Shown here piece by piece: positions 53,071 to 64,000 of a DNA stretch of 64,000 bases. This DNA comes from Lama guanicoe. Taxonomy: Eukaryota. The position numbers and the translations under genes are program-made. Every line of letters begins with the position of its first letter. The stretch's first letter is position 1. A model generated the notes under the pieces. It was given only the letters and a program-made list of their open reading frames with translations. It made no database searches and was not told the DNA's origin. The stretch covers positions 330,370 to 394,369 of the forward strand of contig MU053513.1 in the NCBI GenBank assembly GCA_013239625.1. The letters are read 5' to 3'.

Positions 53071-55214
53071 CTGTCAAAAATTGTAATGTTATGATTGAAT
53101 ATAAGGTACCATGCTATATACAGCACCTCCAATGTCAGAAGGAAATATTCCTGTAGGATAGTTCTCTCATGTAAGCTGATATCAATATTTTAAATGATAA
53201 ACAATAAGATTACATCCATACCAACCACATTAATGCATCCGATACAAATCAAGAATAGCTGGCCATGGCCTTAGTTGTTTATACTCCGTTAGATATTTAA
53301 TTCAAAAATATTAATTAAGAAGAACATTTTGAATCAAATTCAGTGATTCCACTTTTCAGTAAAAAGAGGACAATGATTTTAATAAAATCAAGTAACCTGG
53401 GACTATTTTTCTTCACTGTTTTATGCACATTTGTGATTAGAAACATGTATTAATTACATTCAGGACAGGCACAAGGGAAGGGTTTTTATAGAAACCAGAA
53501 AAAGCCCAAAGCTATGATTATATTTAAGTTCTGTGACTTAGCCAAGTCTGTTATTCATATTTATAATTTAAAAAGCCACAGTACTCTCAAAATATTTAGA
53601 TCCCTCCTGATTGTATTAATATTTGATATTTGATTAGGTTAAAATGCAAATGTGAACCCTCCAGATGGTGCAGAGTAACAAAGGAACAATATATTCCATG
53701 TGGCCAAGCCACCTTGGATCTTTCAATAATGAATATTCACAAGCTCCATTAACACCACATCATCACTACTTAAATTTTAACCTGCCCGGTTTTGGGTCAT
53801 TGATAAAATTCGGTCAGTATCTTCACCACAGCAGAATTAATGCTAGGAGAAAGTGCAGGGCACAAAAGTGGACATTTTGTGGAAATAAATAAAATCCTGC
53901 AATAATGTGTTCTCGAATTAAAACATGGAGAGAAATTTAAAAATAACCTTCGTTCTAGAGGTTAAAAGAAAACATCCAGTAAGATTACTGAGAATCAGGA
54001 AAAAAAAGTTTAAGCAGAGTAAGTTCCTGCCTATCTTAGTTGTTTATTTTTAAATTTTTAATTCTAGTATGCATTTTAATTATCAGGACTTTCTTAAGAA
54101 ATACCATGTCAGATTGATGTAAGATTACAAGGCAACAGGAATGTCAAATAAGTGAAGGTAATGATTCTGATAGGCATGTATTATGATTTCAGATTTGAGA
54201 GCTGGATAGCGACGTCACTTTGCAAAGGCTGAATACTTTAGATAAATTTTTTTCAAGAGCAAAATATTTATGAAATATATTGCTGGAAGTTTAGCACAGT
54301 TGCTTACTGCATGGAGAAAAAGAGCCCAGAGTAATGGAATTATCCCCTGGTTTGGCCAGTTAATGTAGATGTTTCATATTGAAGGTAAAGTTCACAAGGT
54401 AAATACTTTTTAAGAATGAGGTATGGTTTACAGGAAGAGCCAATCAAACAAACGGGACATTTCTAATTTCATCCATTTCTGATTTCCTCCTCAGCATCCA
54501 TCTTCTACCTTGAGGAGCCATGATGGGGAATCAGAGATGACCCCATGACCGAAAGTGAGGTTCTACGTCAGAACTTTAGCTTGATTTTCTTGGACAAAGA
54601 CAAGTGTTCTTCCTTTCAGGTGTGTTGATTTGGAAATGCTGCAATTATTTTTGTGATCATGAGAAATCCAGTTATGAATGAAATTGATATTAAGCAAAGC
54701 ATAGTAAATCACAGAGAAACAGATCCAGAATCTTGGTGACAGTGAAAATGATGTGACTGAACCAGACTGAAGTTCACAGTATTTAAGGAGTGATTCCACC
54801 ATCCATGCAAATACTTTATTAAAGCAAAATGTTTTTTTTAATTCATAAAAAATCATCCTAGTTGATATAATAAAGGAAAATGAGTAAATGAACCAAGACC
54901 TCTTCAGTCCCACAATTAGTTTAGACATGCAAATATATACACAGACTCACAAGTAACTCAAAATATGTAACTTATTCAAAAACTTTTTAATCATACTAAA
55001 ATTCTAAAAATTTTAAATTCAGATAATTATCTTTTCTTGTCCTCACTTTCATTATATTTTCAGCTCCTTCTTTTTGGCAGACTTTTCCCATGTCAGCTAA
55101 GGGTGGAGAATATTAGAATATTCCTGTGGCTCTTAAAAGACTATTCCTTGAAGAACAGGGGTTTGCAGGACTCACTGAAGTATTAGGGAATGCCACAGCT
55201 TGGCAACGTCATAC

Positions 55215-55364
55215 CATTAAGGAGGTGGTGGAGGTCAAGGAGCTCGGGCACTTTGGGGTTCTGATCCCGCTTGAACCTCTGGTCTTTGTGACAGTCCACC
55301 ATCATAAGCATGTACGTGGACAGATGCTGCAGTGCCTGTCTCAACAACTTAATCTCGTGCTCCA
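55215..55364 (-). CDS. Exon 4 (helix B to start of helix C) of the candidate cytokine
   Basis: Acceptor ttctctctag|TG, 150-nt open, GC-richer island with several CpGs in AT-rich surroundings, donor AATG|gtatga, phase 1 to 1. Amphipathic translation EHEIKLLRQALQHLSTYMLMMVDCHKDQ. Confidence 0.75.
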
Positions 55365-57549
55365 CTAGAGAGAATTTTCCTTTGCTCTCCACTAACTACC
55401 TAATCTTAGCTTTGCCTCTGGGAGTTTGTATTCTCACCAGTTCCTTTCACCACACTGCAGAGTCTGGGACTGCGGTGCACGCAGCACAGGAATGGCTCAT
55501 TAAAGCCATTATTATTAGCTTTAGAGAATCCCATGAGACCTGCACCAGCTTGTACCCTCTCTCATTCTATCTCTGCACTGAGTAGGACCATATTAGGACA
55601 AAGCTGACTCCGTTCTTGAACAAGCAGAAAGTAGAATTTTTTTTTAATAGCAAGAAGCGTAGAGGTAGAGACAGTGATAGATTTGGCAGAGTTTTAATAA
55701 GCTGCATTGATTGTGGATATTAAAATTCTTTCCCAACAAACCTACAGAAGGAAATTAAGAATTAATACGGGTTTTTTTTTAACCTTCTTAAAATTCTAAC
55801 TTCTCATATTGATTTAAAGCCTTTCCAATACTAATTATATATTATCTGTGTTACTGGATATAAAATAATTTATGTGGAATGCAACAATGCACACATGTAC
55901 TTATGTGTATGCACGCAAAATGTGCATTTCAAGGAATGGCAAAGATAAAGCACCGTTTAACCTTGCTGGTGATGGCTTTGTTAATTCAGAGATATGCTTG
56001 AAAATGATAACGTCCACGTGTATATAATGAAAATCATAAGCTTATCTACTTATACTTGACAGCTTTGAGAGTTTTTGGTGGTTCATAATTAGAAGACCAC
56101 CTCGGTGCTTGATTCACTCTTGTGCGTTAAATACACCACTTACTGAAATATATTATGGCATTCCAAACATGAAGTACTTTAATATGAATGAATGATATGC
56201 TAGAGTCCTGAAATTACTAAAATTTCCAAATACTAAAATTACTGAAATATCTCATTTCTGTTGTTGCTGTTCTCTGACTCATTACTTTTACGTGCTGCTC
56301 CTTTAGTCCCCTACAAAGTCTCCTGGGAATTATGTCTGAGCTCTCTGGAGGGGATGTCCCATACATGCTCAATGAGCTCGGTGTTTGTGCTGCTCTGCCA
56401 GGCACTGCTCTTATTCTGTGTTGCCGTAGATTCTCCCTTTGTTTTGCAGGACATCGGAGGTCGCTGAAGGCATTATCTAGCTCCCCCTGCACACCTGGTG
56501 CTCCACTGTTTCCCTATCAGGGAATGCAGATTTCCACAATGCTCCACCTCCTTTGTTGAAGTTTCCAGGTTCAGTAGGATTCAGAAATTCTCTCCTGATG
56601 ACTCAAAGCTGTGAAATTCTCACACTAATTTTCAGAAAAATCAAAAGGAACATATATTTCTGACTATGGTCATGTGATATTAAGGAGCACGCCACAGTGC
56701 TGCTTGGGTGTCAAGGTGTCACAGCGCCCACTGAAATGGCACCCCCAGCCCTTTTCCTCTTTGAGATGCAGGCATGGACCCAGAAAACTGTAGACAAAGA
56801 CAAGTGAAAGTCATCATGTTTTATTAAGAACTCATACCCTAGGCTTTCTTATTAGATCAAATTCATTTTGTTTAGCTCATTCTCTTAAAATAAATTACCC
56901 CCCATGTGAATCTTCAGATTTCCACAAAGTAGAATTTTGTCTGGTCTGTCCCTTTGCTCCTTCACATGTGCTCAGAATTACCTCTAACTCAACAGTGGAC
57001 AATTTAGAATGATAGGTCAAATGAAACAGGTTCACATTTCTGCTAACTCTCCCTAAACTAGAGTCTATCTGAGTAGTAGTCACTTGTAAAAAAAATTTTT
57101 CTCATAAAAATTTACTCTTAAAAATAAACACTTTCAAATTCACCAAAATTCTTTAAAAACTGGAAAGCCTCACTCAATACAATAAATATTTCAATTCAAT
57201 TCAGAGTTGAATTAATATCATCCTGTTTTGACTGCCTCTCTGTAGTCACTTGAGAAGCATTTCTTTTTCAATCCAAGTCTGATTCCTTCAGCCAGGTGCA
57301 AAATGCATTGTCAATTCCTTTCTCAGTGATTTTGCTTTCTGAATTATGTCCTATTTCTTCTCTATCAGATCCTCTTCTTCCAAATAAATATACATCTAGC
57401 CATACTGTTCATTTTTTAAGCAAAGAGGGGAAAAGCATCAACCTCAACCCTAAGACTCACTCAAGCTACCTCTCTCCATTCTTCCTTTCCCATCCAAATT
57501 TCAAAATACTTACTTATATTTTCTTACACTGTTACTGTTTGAAATTTAG

Positions 57550-57727
57550 TTTCTTTCTTTTTTTTAATTGAAGTATAGTAAGTTACAATATGTCATTTTC
57601 TGGTATACAACATAATGTCCCAGTCATGCGCATATATACAAATATTGGTTTTCATATTCTTTTCCATTAAAGGTTATTACAAGATATTCAATATAGTTCC
57701 CTGTGCTATACAGAAGAAATTTGCTTT
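57550..57727 (-). mobile_element. Short L1 3'-end insertion, same type as 45925-46202, in intron 3 of the candidate gene
   Basis: TTAATTGAAGTATAGTAAGTTACAAT ... ATAGTTCCCTGTGCTATACAG. Confidence 0.8.
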
Positions 57728-58976
57728 TGTCTCCAAACCTTCAACCCAAGTTGACTTCACAAGGAAAAATCAAACAGAATTAAAAATCAAATCTCACTCT
57801 TCCCTTGTCCTCAGTTGCCTGGTGAATCAATGTATTACTTGAACCCAGTGGAAAACCAGAGCCAGAGGACAAGAGCATTGATGCAGCCAGCCTCCTAGTA
57901 CACATGAAAATTTCCAACCCAAGTGTTCTTGCCAATATCAGACCCATTTCTTTGGAATAGCTTCAAACTCATAATGCTGACAAAAATGATGGACTTAGAT
58001 GACTGTGGTTGTAACACATATTTCGGCTCTTACGACCACGGTTAATCAGTTAGGGCTGGAACGTAATCGTTGTCTCAAAAGAATTGATCATATTCTCTTT
58101 CCAGAAAATTTGCGTCTAGAACACAGAGCGCCAGACAGTTAGATGCTGCACCAGTAAGATCTTGTAAAATATGGGCAGGAGCCAGCGACATGGTGCGATG
58201 AGGTCTGAACAAGCTGTCTCAAGCAAAAGCATCCTCTCAGCTAGAGGAGATTGGAACAGCAATGCCCAGGGAAAACGAGGTAGAATCCATCAGCCTCCAG
58301 ACTCAGAGTAGCTACCTGATAAGTTCCCACCTCTGAATAAGCTCAGTTTTAATTTCTGTAGCATTTCTGTCTTAAAAAAATATACTTTTCAATTGGAGCA
58401 AGCTTGCACAGGTTTCTCTTCCTTCCAAATGATGTGTCGTTAAGACAACTCCAATAAAGACAGAAATTATTAAGGTTAACAGGCTAAGAAAAAAGAAGAA
58501 ACATTCAAACAGAAGTCTATGAGTCTTTCCAAGAGACAGAGAAAAATACATATTGAAAAATGTCTTTTCCAAGTGAATACACTTTCTGAATTACATGGTA
58601 AATTGACTCAATTCTTATATCCTTGACTAGTGCCCAGCTGCAGTTTTTAAAAATGTGAGCTTAGTCAAGCATTTATTCTTGTAAATTCTCTATAGACTAC
58701 CAATCAAATTTTGAATGTGCGTGAATCAATACCTACCAGAAAGGCTTTGTGATTATCAGCTGATATCAATTTAAGAAAATGACAGTAGCACCTACATTTC
58801 AGTATTTAGCACAGATTATACAGCATTCCCATTTCTATTCTGTATGCCTTCTTCTGTTTCATTTTGACCATGAAGCTATTAGGAAAGGAGACTAGGTAAA
58901 ACAAGCCCTTTGAGTACTTCTGAGACATCCGAAGGGTAACCGAGGATAAATTACCGTAAATTCCTTATATATTTAC

Positions 58977-59064
58977 CTATAGAAAATATATTTTCAATTT
59001 TGGATTCATTATGGTATTGCAATCTCGCAGCAGAAGGTCATGAGGCCTTTGAGCTTTCTGTCTG
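58977..59064 (-). pseudogene. Exon 3 (AB loop) of the candidate cytokine, containing a premature TGA
   Basis: NAGNAG acceptor aatag|cag, 88 nt, phase 0 to 1, donor ATAG|gtaaat. In-frame TGA at 59040-59038 and an N-glycosylation sequon NES. The polypyrimidine tract is weak. Confidence 0.4.
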
Positions 59065-59254
59065 CTATTTATATAATGTAGGATTAAAACCAAGTCAGTT
59101 TCACTGAATATAACCATGTACGCACAACTCCAGAAACTACTCATCATGTAGACCATGACACAATATTTATTTCCTCCTTTTAGCTGTGCAACATAAAATC
59201 TGCACAACCATTCTTGATGATCATGCCAGATTCATCAAAACAATTCGATGTTTT

Positions 59255-59390
59255 GAGTTAATGTCTCTAGAATGTAAGCTCCAAAAGGGCAGGATTTTTT
59301 GTCATTTAATTCACTATCTACAGCACCAAGGTTGGTGCCTAGGATAGAGTAGATGCTCAATAAATATTTACTGGATGAATAAATAAATGA
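59255..59390 (+). mobile_element. L2 3' end
   Basis: CTAGAATGTAAGCTCC ... GTAGATGCTCAATAAATATTTACTGGATGAAT. Confidence 0.85.
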
Positions 59391-60595
59391 AACTAATGGC
59401 AATGGAATTGCCTGTATTATCAATAAAAAAATGAAAAACAGAATTGTGATCTCATTCCAGATTTACTCAATCACCATTATCAAGAACTGGGCAAAAAAAG
59501 CAATTCATTATTAAAGTACAATATTTTGAAACAATCATTATTGATTCACATCTAGTCACAAGACTGAATGTGAATACTAAATCAGGGTGATACAGGGAGA
59601 ACTCCAGTTCTACGCTCTTTAACCCATCTCTCAAATAGAGGCTTTCTGGTAAGATTGTAGGAAAAAAAAAAAACCCTCATGTGAAAAAAAAATAAGATAG
59701 GGGATTTGTAGAGTATTTTATCTGGACCACAGAATGGAAAATAATAATTTAATTAAAACCTTGAAAATTAAATAAGGCCTAAAGTTCACTTTGAGCCTTT
59801 AATTAAATTTGTCCTTATAAATAGACCAGGGTAGTCCAACTAACAGAGGGGATAGAAATGATAAAATATGGAACTCTAGTTTGCTACTTAAAACTATGTA
59901 AATTTTGTAAAACGTCAGTCTATAGTTTCATGATATCGTCATTGTGATCATTAATATTTACTAAGCCAGCTCCTGGTGCCTGGACAATTTATATATGATA
60001 TTTGACAATAAATGCTAAATGATGATGATGTATGTTATTCACATAAGGAATTAGCTCCTGCTGAAGTTCATACGAAAGTTCATGCAGAAGGGAGGGAAGA
60101 CAAATTAGTCAAGTCACTAATTGCGTGGCTGAGTCTAATCATTTGTTTGGTTTAGGTAAAAATTTCTACCTTTATTGCAGTCATTAGTGCTTGACAGTGA
60201 ATAATTTTGCGTTGAAATTTTCCAATTAGGTTAGATTTTTTGTTGTTTTTTTTTTTTTTAATTTTTGTTGCAAAACCTGAGATTCTGTCAGTTTGAGTGG
60301 ATATACTGATATTTATAATCAAGCCATGGAGTTAAACTTAAGCTAAGACATTATTTTCTGCAATAGAATAAAGACGAATAAAGCTCATAATTTTGTGGAT
60401 TGTTCTTCCTTCTACAGACATCAGCCATCTAAAGTCAGGAACATGTAGTAAATCAAGTAATGCTTCCATTAATCATAATGGGAGTTAAATGTACGTCAGG
60501 AGAATGAATCCCTTTAGGTATTTTAAATGAGTTTCAGTTACTATACATCTGTTGATGTAGCTTGGTAAGGTATTTTCATACTTTCAGAAAATCAC

Positions 60596-60769
60596 CCCTT
60601 TCGGCAAGATTAAATAAGAAAGCATCAGATGAGCATGCCTTGCCAAGCCTCTGAATTTCAAACGCTCCCGAGGACTCCAGGAAACATGTGAAGCAGCATC
60701 TGTAAGATGTGCACATGAGGCTGGGAGGGTGAGCCAGGCTGCCTGCACCACAGGTAACTTAAAGACACC
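60596..60769 (-). CDS. Exon 2 (N-terminal Cys plus helix A) of the candidate cytokine
   Basis: Acceptor tgttctgcag|GGT, 174-nt open frame (part of track ORF 60584..60856), donor GGG|gtgatt. Alternative acceptor (exon start 60699) and donor (gtatga, exon end 60582) exist, so the boundaries are uncertain. Confidence 0.5.
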
Positions 60770-61231
60770 CTGCAGAACACATGCTCTGCCAGCTCCTTGC
60801 TGTAGCTCCACCACATCTCTGCAAGCAAGGCAGAGTCCCTCCCCCAGTGCAAACATGGGGAATCTGTCTTCTTGCCAGCTTTATGTAAATACTCAGAATT
60901 GAGTTGTCTCACTCTTTTGTAACCGAGGTATATTTAGATCCAGCAAATGCAAATAGCTTCCTAATTTAAGGTATCACTACCTTTACAGAGAAAGCAAAAA
61001 AGAAAACTATTGGTGTGTAGGAAACACCCTTATAAAGATCTTTTAAAAAGAGAGGAAGAGAAATCCAACAGAATTATCTAGAGTTCTTTGCACTCTTCAT
61101 GATGTTTGGGTTTCTCTACAATCAGTGGAGGATTAAGGTTTTACCACACAAATGCAGAAACACCTATGGACTGAAAAATCTTTATTTTGATCTAATCGGA
61201 ATTTCAGTCCAGTTGGGTTCCTAATACTTAC

Positions 61232-61300
61232 TTGTATAAGAATAATCAAAATGAAAACAGAAAAAGAGGAGAGACTGTAAGGAAATATTGTGACTGGCAT
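61232..61300 (-). CDS. Exon 1 (signal peptide) of the candidate cytokine
   Basis: ATG at 61300 opens 23 codons with the hydrophobic core FSVFILIILI and ends at a CAA|GTAAGT donor. A pyrimidine-rich acceptor (ccctttcactctccag, AG at 61316-61315) lies 14 nt upstream, suggesting a further 5' non-coding exon. The Kozak context is weak. Confidence 0.5.
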
Positions 61301-62024
61301 CAACAAATTAGGGGCTGGAGAGTGAAAGGGAATGAAATAAACTGACTAAATTGTACTTTTGCCAAAGTTCCATACAAAGAGTAATGTTAGAAAAAATTAA
61401 GTGGTCTAGAAGTTCCACTTTTCCGTGGATGAAGTATGGAAACTAAAGATAAAGGGTAAGAATATGTGAGGAATGTATGTGCCTCAGGCTGAAGATCTTT
61501 TGTTGTGACCAGTCACATCTAACAGCTGTATAAATGGCACCAAAAGAAAATACATAGTATAATAAGATTCATAATTTTGAAAAAAACACTAAACTTCTGG
61601 GCAGGTAGCGAAGTATCAAGTTAATGACTATAAACTAGGAAGATTTTATGAGCCTATACAAGTGGTTAGAAAAGTGGCAGAGAAATTTGAAAGCATTCAA
61701 GTATAAGATAACACGAGTCCTGAAGTGTAATAAGAATGCATGTGTAAGATGTCAGAGCAACAAAAGAATTCAGGCGCCATTCCCCTGATGACAGTAATCC
61801 TATATGCTATGTATCAAAAATATAATCCAAAATAATTTCATCACTGAAAAGCACACTGGGAGCAAAGAGAAGAAGATGGTTTAATATTAAAGTGTATCTA
61901 ATGTGGCAGGCACTACTCCAGGCTCTAAGGAAATAGCGCCAGAAAGGTCCCCTACTTCATGGAACTGGATTCGAATGTAGGGGAAATACTAAATAGTATG
62001 TACATTTCAGGCATGTCAATGTCA

Positions 62025-62410
62025 AATGCCTGCACCTGGAATTTTCTTCCTGCAGATAGAAGCATAGCTCATTTTCTCAGCTTCTTCAGGTCTTGGCTCA
62101 AATCCCATCTTCTCAGAGGGGCTGTTATGAAACATCTATTTAAAATTGCAGCATTTTTCCTATTGTCCAATGCCTTCTTTGTTTTTTGGGGTTTTTTTTT
62201 TTTTTGCTTTATTTTTTCTGTATTACACTTATCACCACTGACATATCATTGATTTTACTAATTTATTTGTTTATTCCCTAGCTCCCTCAACTGGAATGTA
62301 TATTTTATGCAGCCAGGAATTTTTGTCTATTTTATTTGCTGCCATATCTCCAATGTCTAGAAGAATCCTAGTCACTACAATAATGAAAAAATATCATTGA
62401 GTTAATAAGT
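62025..62410 (+). mobile_element. L2 3' fragment
   Basis: CCTGGAATTTTCTTCC, CTTCAGGTCTTGGCTCAAAT, ACTGGAATGTA motifs. Confidence 0.7.
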
Positions 62411-64000
62411 AATGTCCCATTTTGAAGAAACTAAAGTAAATTAATTGGATGGAGATGGATGAGGGTTGAGGGCTATGTTAGATAGTTTGGTCAAGGGAGC
62501 CATTTGAGCAAATGATGAGAAATTGGAAAGAGCCCACCATGGCAAGATCTGGGGGGGAGGCGATTTCAAAAGGAACAGCAAATTTGGATGTCAACAGGCA
62601 GGTGTGAAGTAAGGAAAGGCCTATAAAGGGAAAGCTGAGGAGGGATGACTATTGAGGGAGGAGAGAAGTGAAAACGGATGGAACCATTGGGTGGGCAAAA
62701 ACCACATTAGAGATTGCCTTATAGACCATGGTAGAGAGTTTGAAATATATTTCAAATACAACTAGATACTCTTAGAATTAAAAAAAAAAACCACTCTGGC
62801 CATTATTGTGGGCTAGGGTACCAGGAGGAATAGTAGAAACAAAACCTCCCAGAGGATCTGCAGTGGTCCAGATGTTAGTAGGTTAGGGCAGTGAGACAGC
62901 ACTGCAAATCATAACGAAGAGGAAAGATCCTGGGCAGATCTTTATCCAACGCACAAGCTTAGTGATATCGGGCAATTTATTTAATCACTATAAGCTTTGG
63001 TTTTCTTACCAATAAAATGGGAATAATAAATTGCTTATTTCAGAGCTTAGATGATTTGATGGTTGGATCATAGTCAAATATTTTTCATTTAAAAAAAAGA
63101 AGACTAAATCTGATGGTTTGGCATGGATTAATTCTCCAAATGGAAAGGTCTATGAGCACTATTAGAAACACATGATGGGATAGCCACTAGATATAAATAA
63201 AAGATATGACATTTATTCCCTCCAGGAATTAATGACTCAGAACACTTAAAATTTGGACATTTGCCTGAAAACCACCTGCAGATGAAATGGAAAATATCTC
63301 AGAGAGACTCAGGAACTGGGCATATTAAGAACACAGGCTCTGGTTTGGTTTCAGCTCTTCCTTCAAGATCAATTCTCCTGTAAACCTGCTTCTAAATACG
63401 GATGCAAAAAGGTGAGGAGTTCCTGTATCTAAACCCTGTCAGAATTCCAGCACCTATTCTGTTCACAGAAAGCATAAATTAAAAGTTTTTATTATTGTTG
63501 TTTGCATTGCACTGATCTAAATTATTCTTTAAAAAGTTATATATTCACAATTAAGGCTCAAAAACCAAAACTCATGTGAATACTGCTACAAAAATCAGTT
63601 TCGAATTTAAAAATATACCCTCCGTGTTGTCATATTTATTTTCAAAAGCTAAAGATATATATTGACTTTCTTAATATTCCTGTCATTTTAAATATTATTT
63701 TCATTACCATGAAGTAACACCTAAATTCACAATAAACCACGAGGCAATATGTAAAACCGTGAAAGAAAAATGAAGTGCTCAAACAAAAGTGTAAAATCCT
63801 ATAAATCCTGAGTAATAAACAGTTACACTGTAATATAATCCTTTTATCAATATCCAAGGCTCTAAGATGTATTTGTTCTTACAGAAAAAGCTTAAATTTG
63901 ATTTATTTATCTCATTTCAATTAAAGAAAAGCTGCCAAATCTGTTCCTACAGTAACTCTCGAAGATCTGTTAAGAAAAATAATCCAAATAAGGAAATAAG

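Larger units (their letters stand above)
52919..61300 (-). pseudogene. Candidate 5-exon secreted four-helix cytokine gene (IL-6 family, LIF/CNTF/CLCF1-like), with one in-frame stop
   Basis: Exons 61300-61232, 60769-60596, 59064-58977, 55364-55215 and 53070-52919 join with GT-AG introns in phases 0,0,1,1 to give 633 nt (211 codons). The product is MPVTIFPYSLSSFSVFILIILIQ/GVFKLPVVQAAWLTLPASCAHLTDAASHVSWSPRERLKFRGLARHAHLMLSYLILPKG/QTESSKAS*PSAARLQYHNESKIENIFSI/VEHEIKLLRQALQHLSTYMLMMVDCHKDQRFKRDQNPKVPELLDLHHLLN/EYILRKLANCMCCLGVLKSIAVNYSLKTDLDHHLIQCKVHLLTEDTSRKQ*. AATAAA follows the stop. The family assignment is a by-eye inference. Confidence 0.6.

Noticed and set aside
54563..54928. 121-aa minus-strand ORF in intron 4 of the candidate gene
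   Set aside because: AT-rich F/I/S/K-biased translation with no convincing exon boundaries.
55126..55368. Plus-strand 80-aa ORF MALKRLFLEEQGF...
   Set aside because: Antisense to candidate exon 4; the splice signals and phase fit are on the minus strand.

Overview
AT-rich, repeat-dense placental-mammal DNA with no prokaryote-type features. It is probably camelid: the young L1 3' ends are cetartiodactyl-type, and I saw no Bov-tA, PRE or CHR SINEs (inference). (1) The main find is a five-exon, minus-strand gene model at 52.9-61.3 kb, read by eye with compatible splice phases. It encodes a ~210-aa precursor with a signal peptide, and its helices resemble the LIF/CNTF/CLCF1 branch of IL-6-family long-chain cytokines. 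It matches no family member I recognise and has an in-frame TGA in exon 3, so it is probably a pseudogene here. (2) A 4.3-kb minus-strand class I (HERV-H/F-like) provirus at 18106-22417 has two LTRs, a GAAT target-site duplication (TSD), a tRNA-His primer-binding site (PBS), a polypurine tract (PPT), a Gag with two zinc knuckles, and three internal deletions. (3) A templated 50-bp insertion with a 42-bp flanking duplication lies at the window start. (4) The rest includes solo LTRs, MaLR elements, L1 fragments (one twin-primed inversion), L2/MIR/MER3 relics, microsatellites and a few orphan exon candidates. Repeat family names and protein similarities come from recalled sequences, not database searches.
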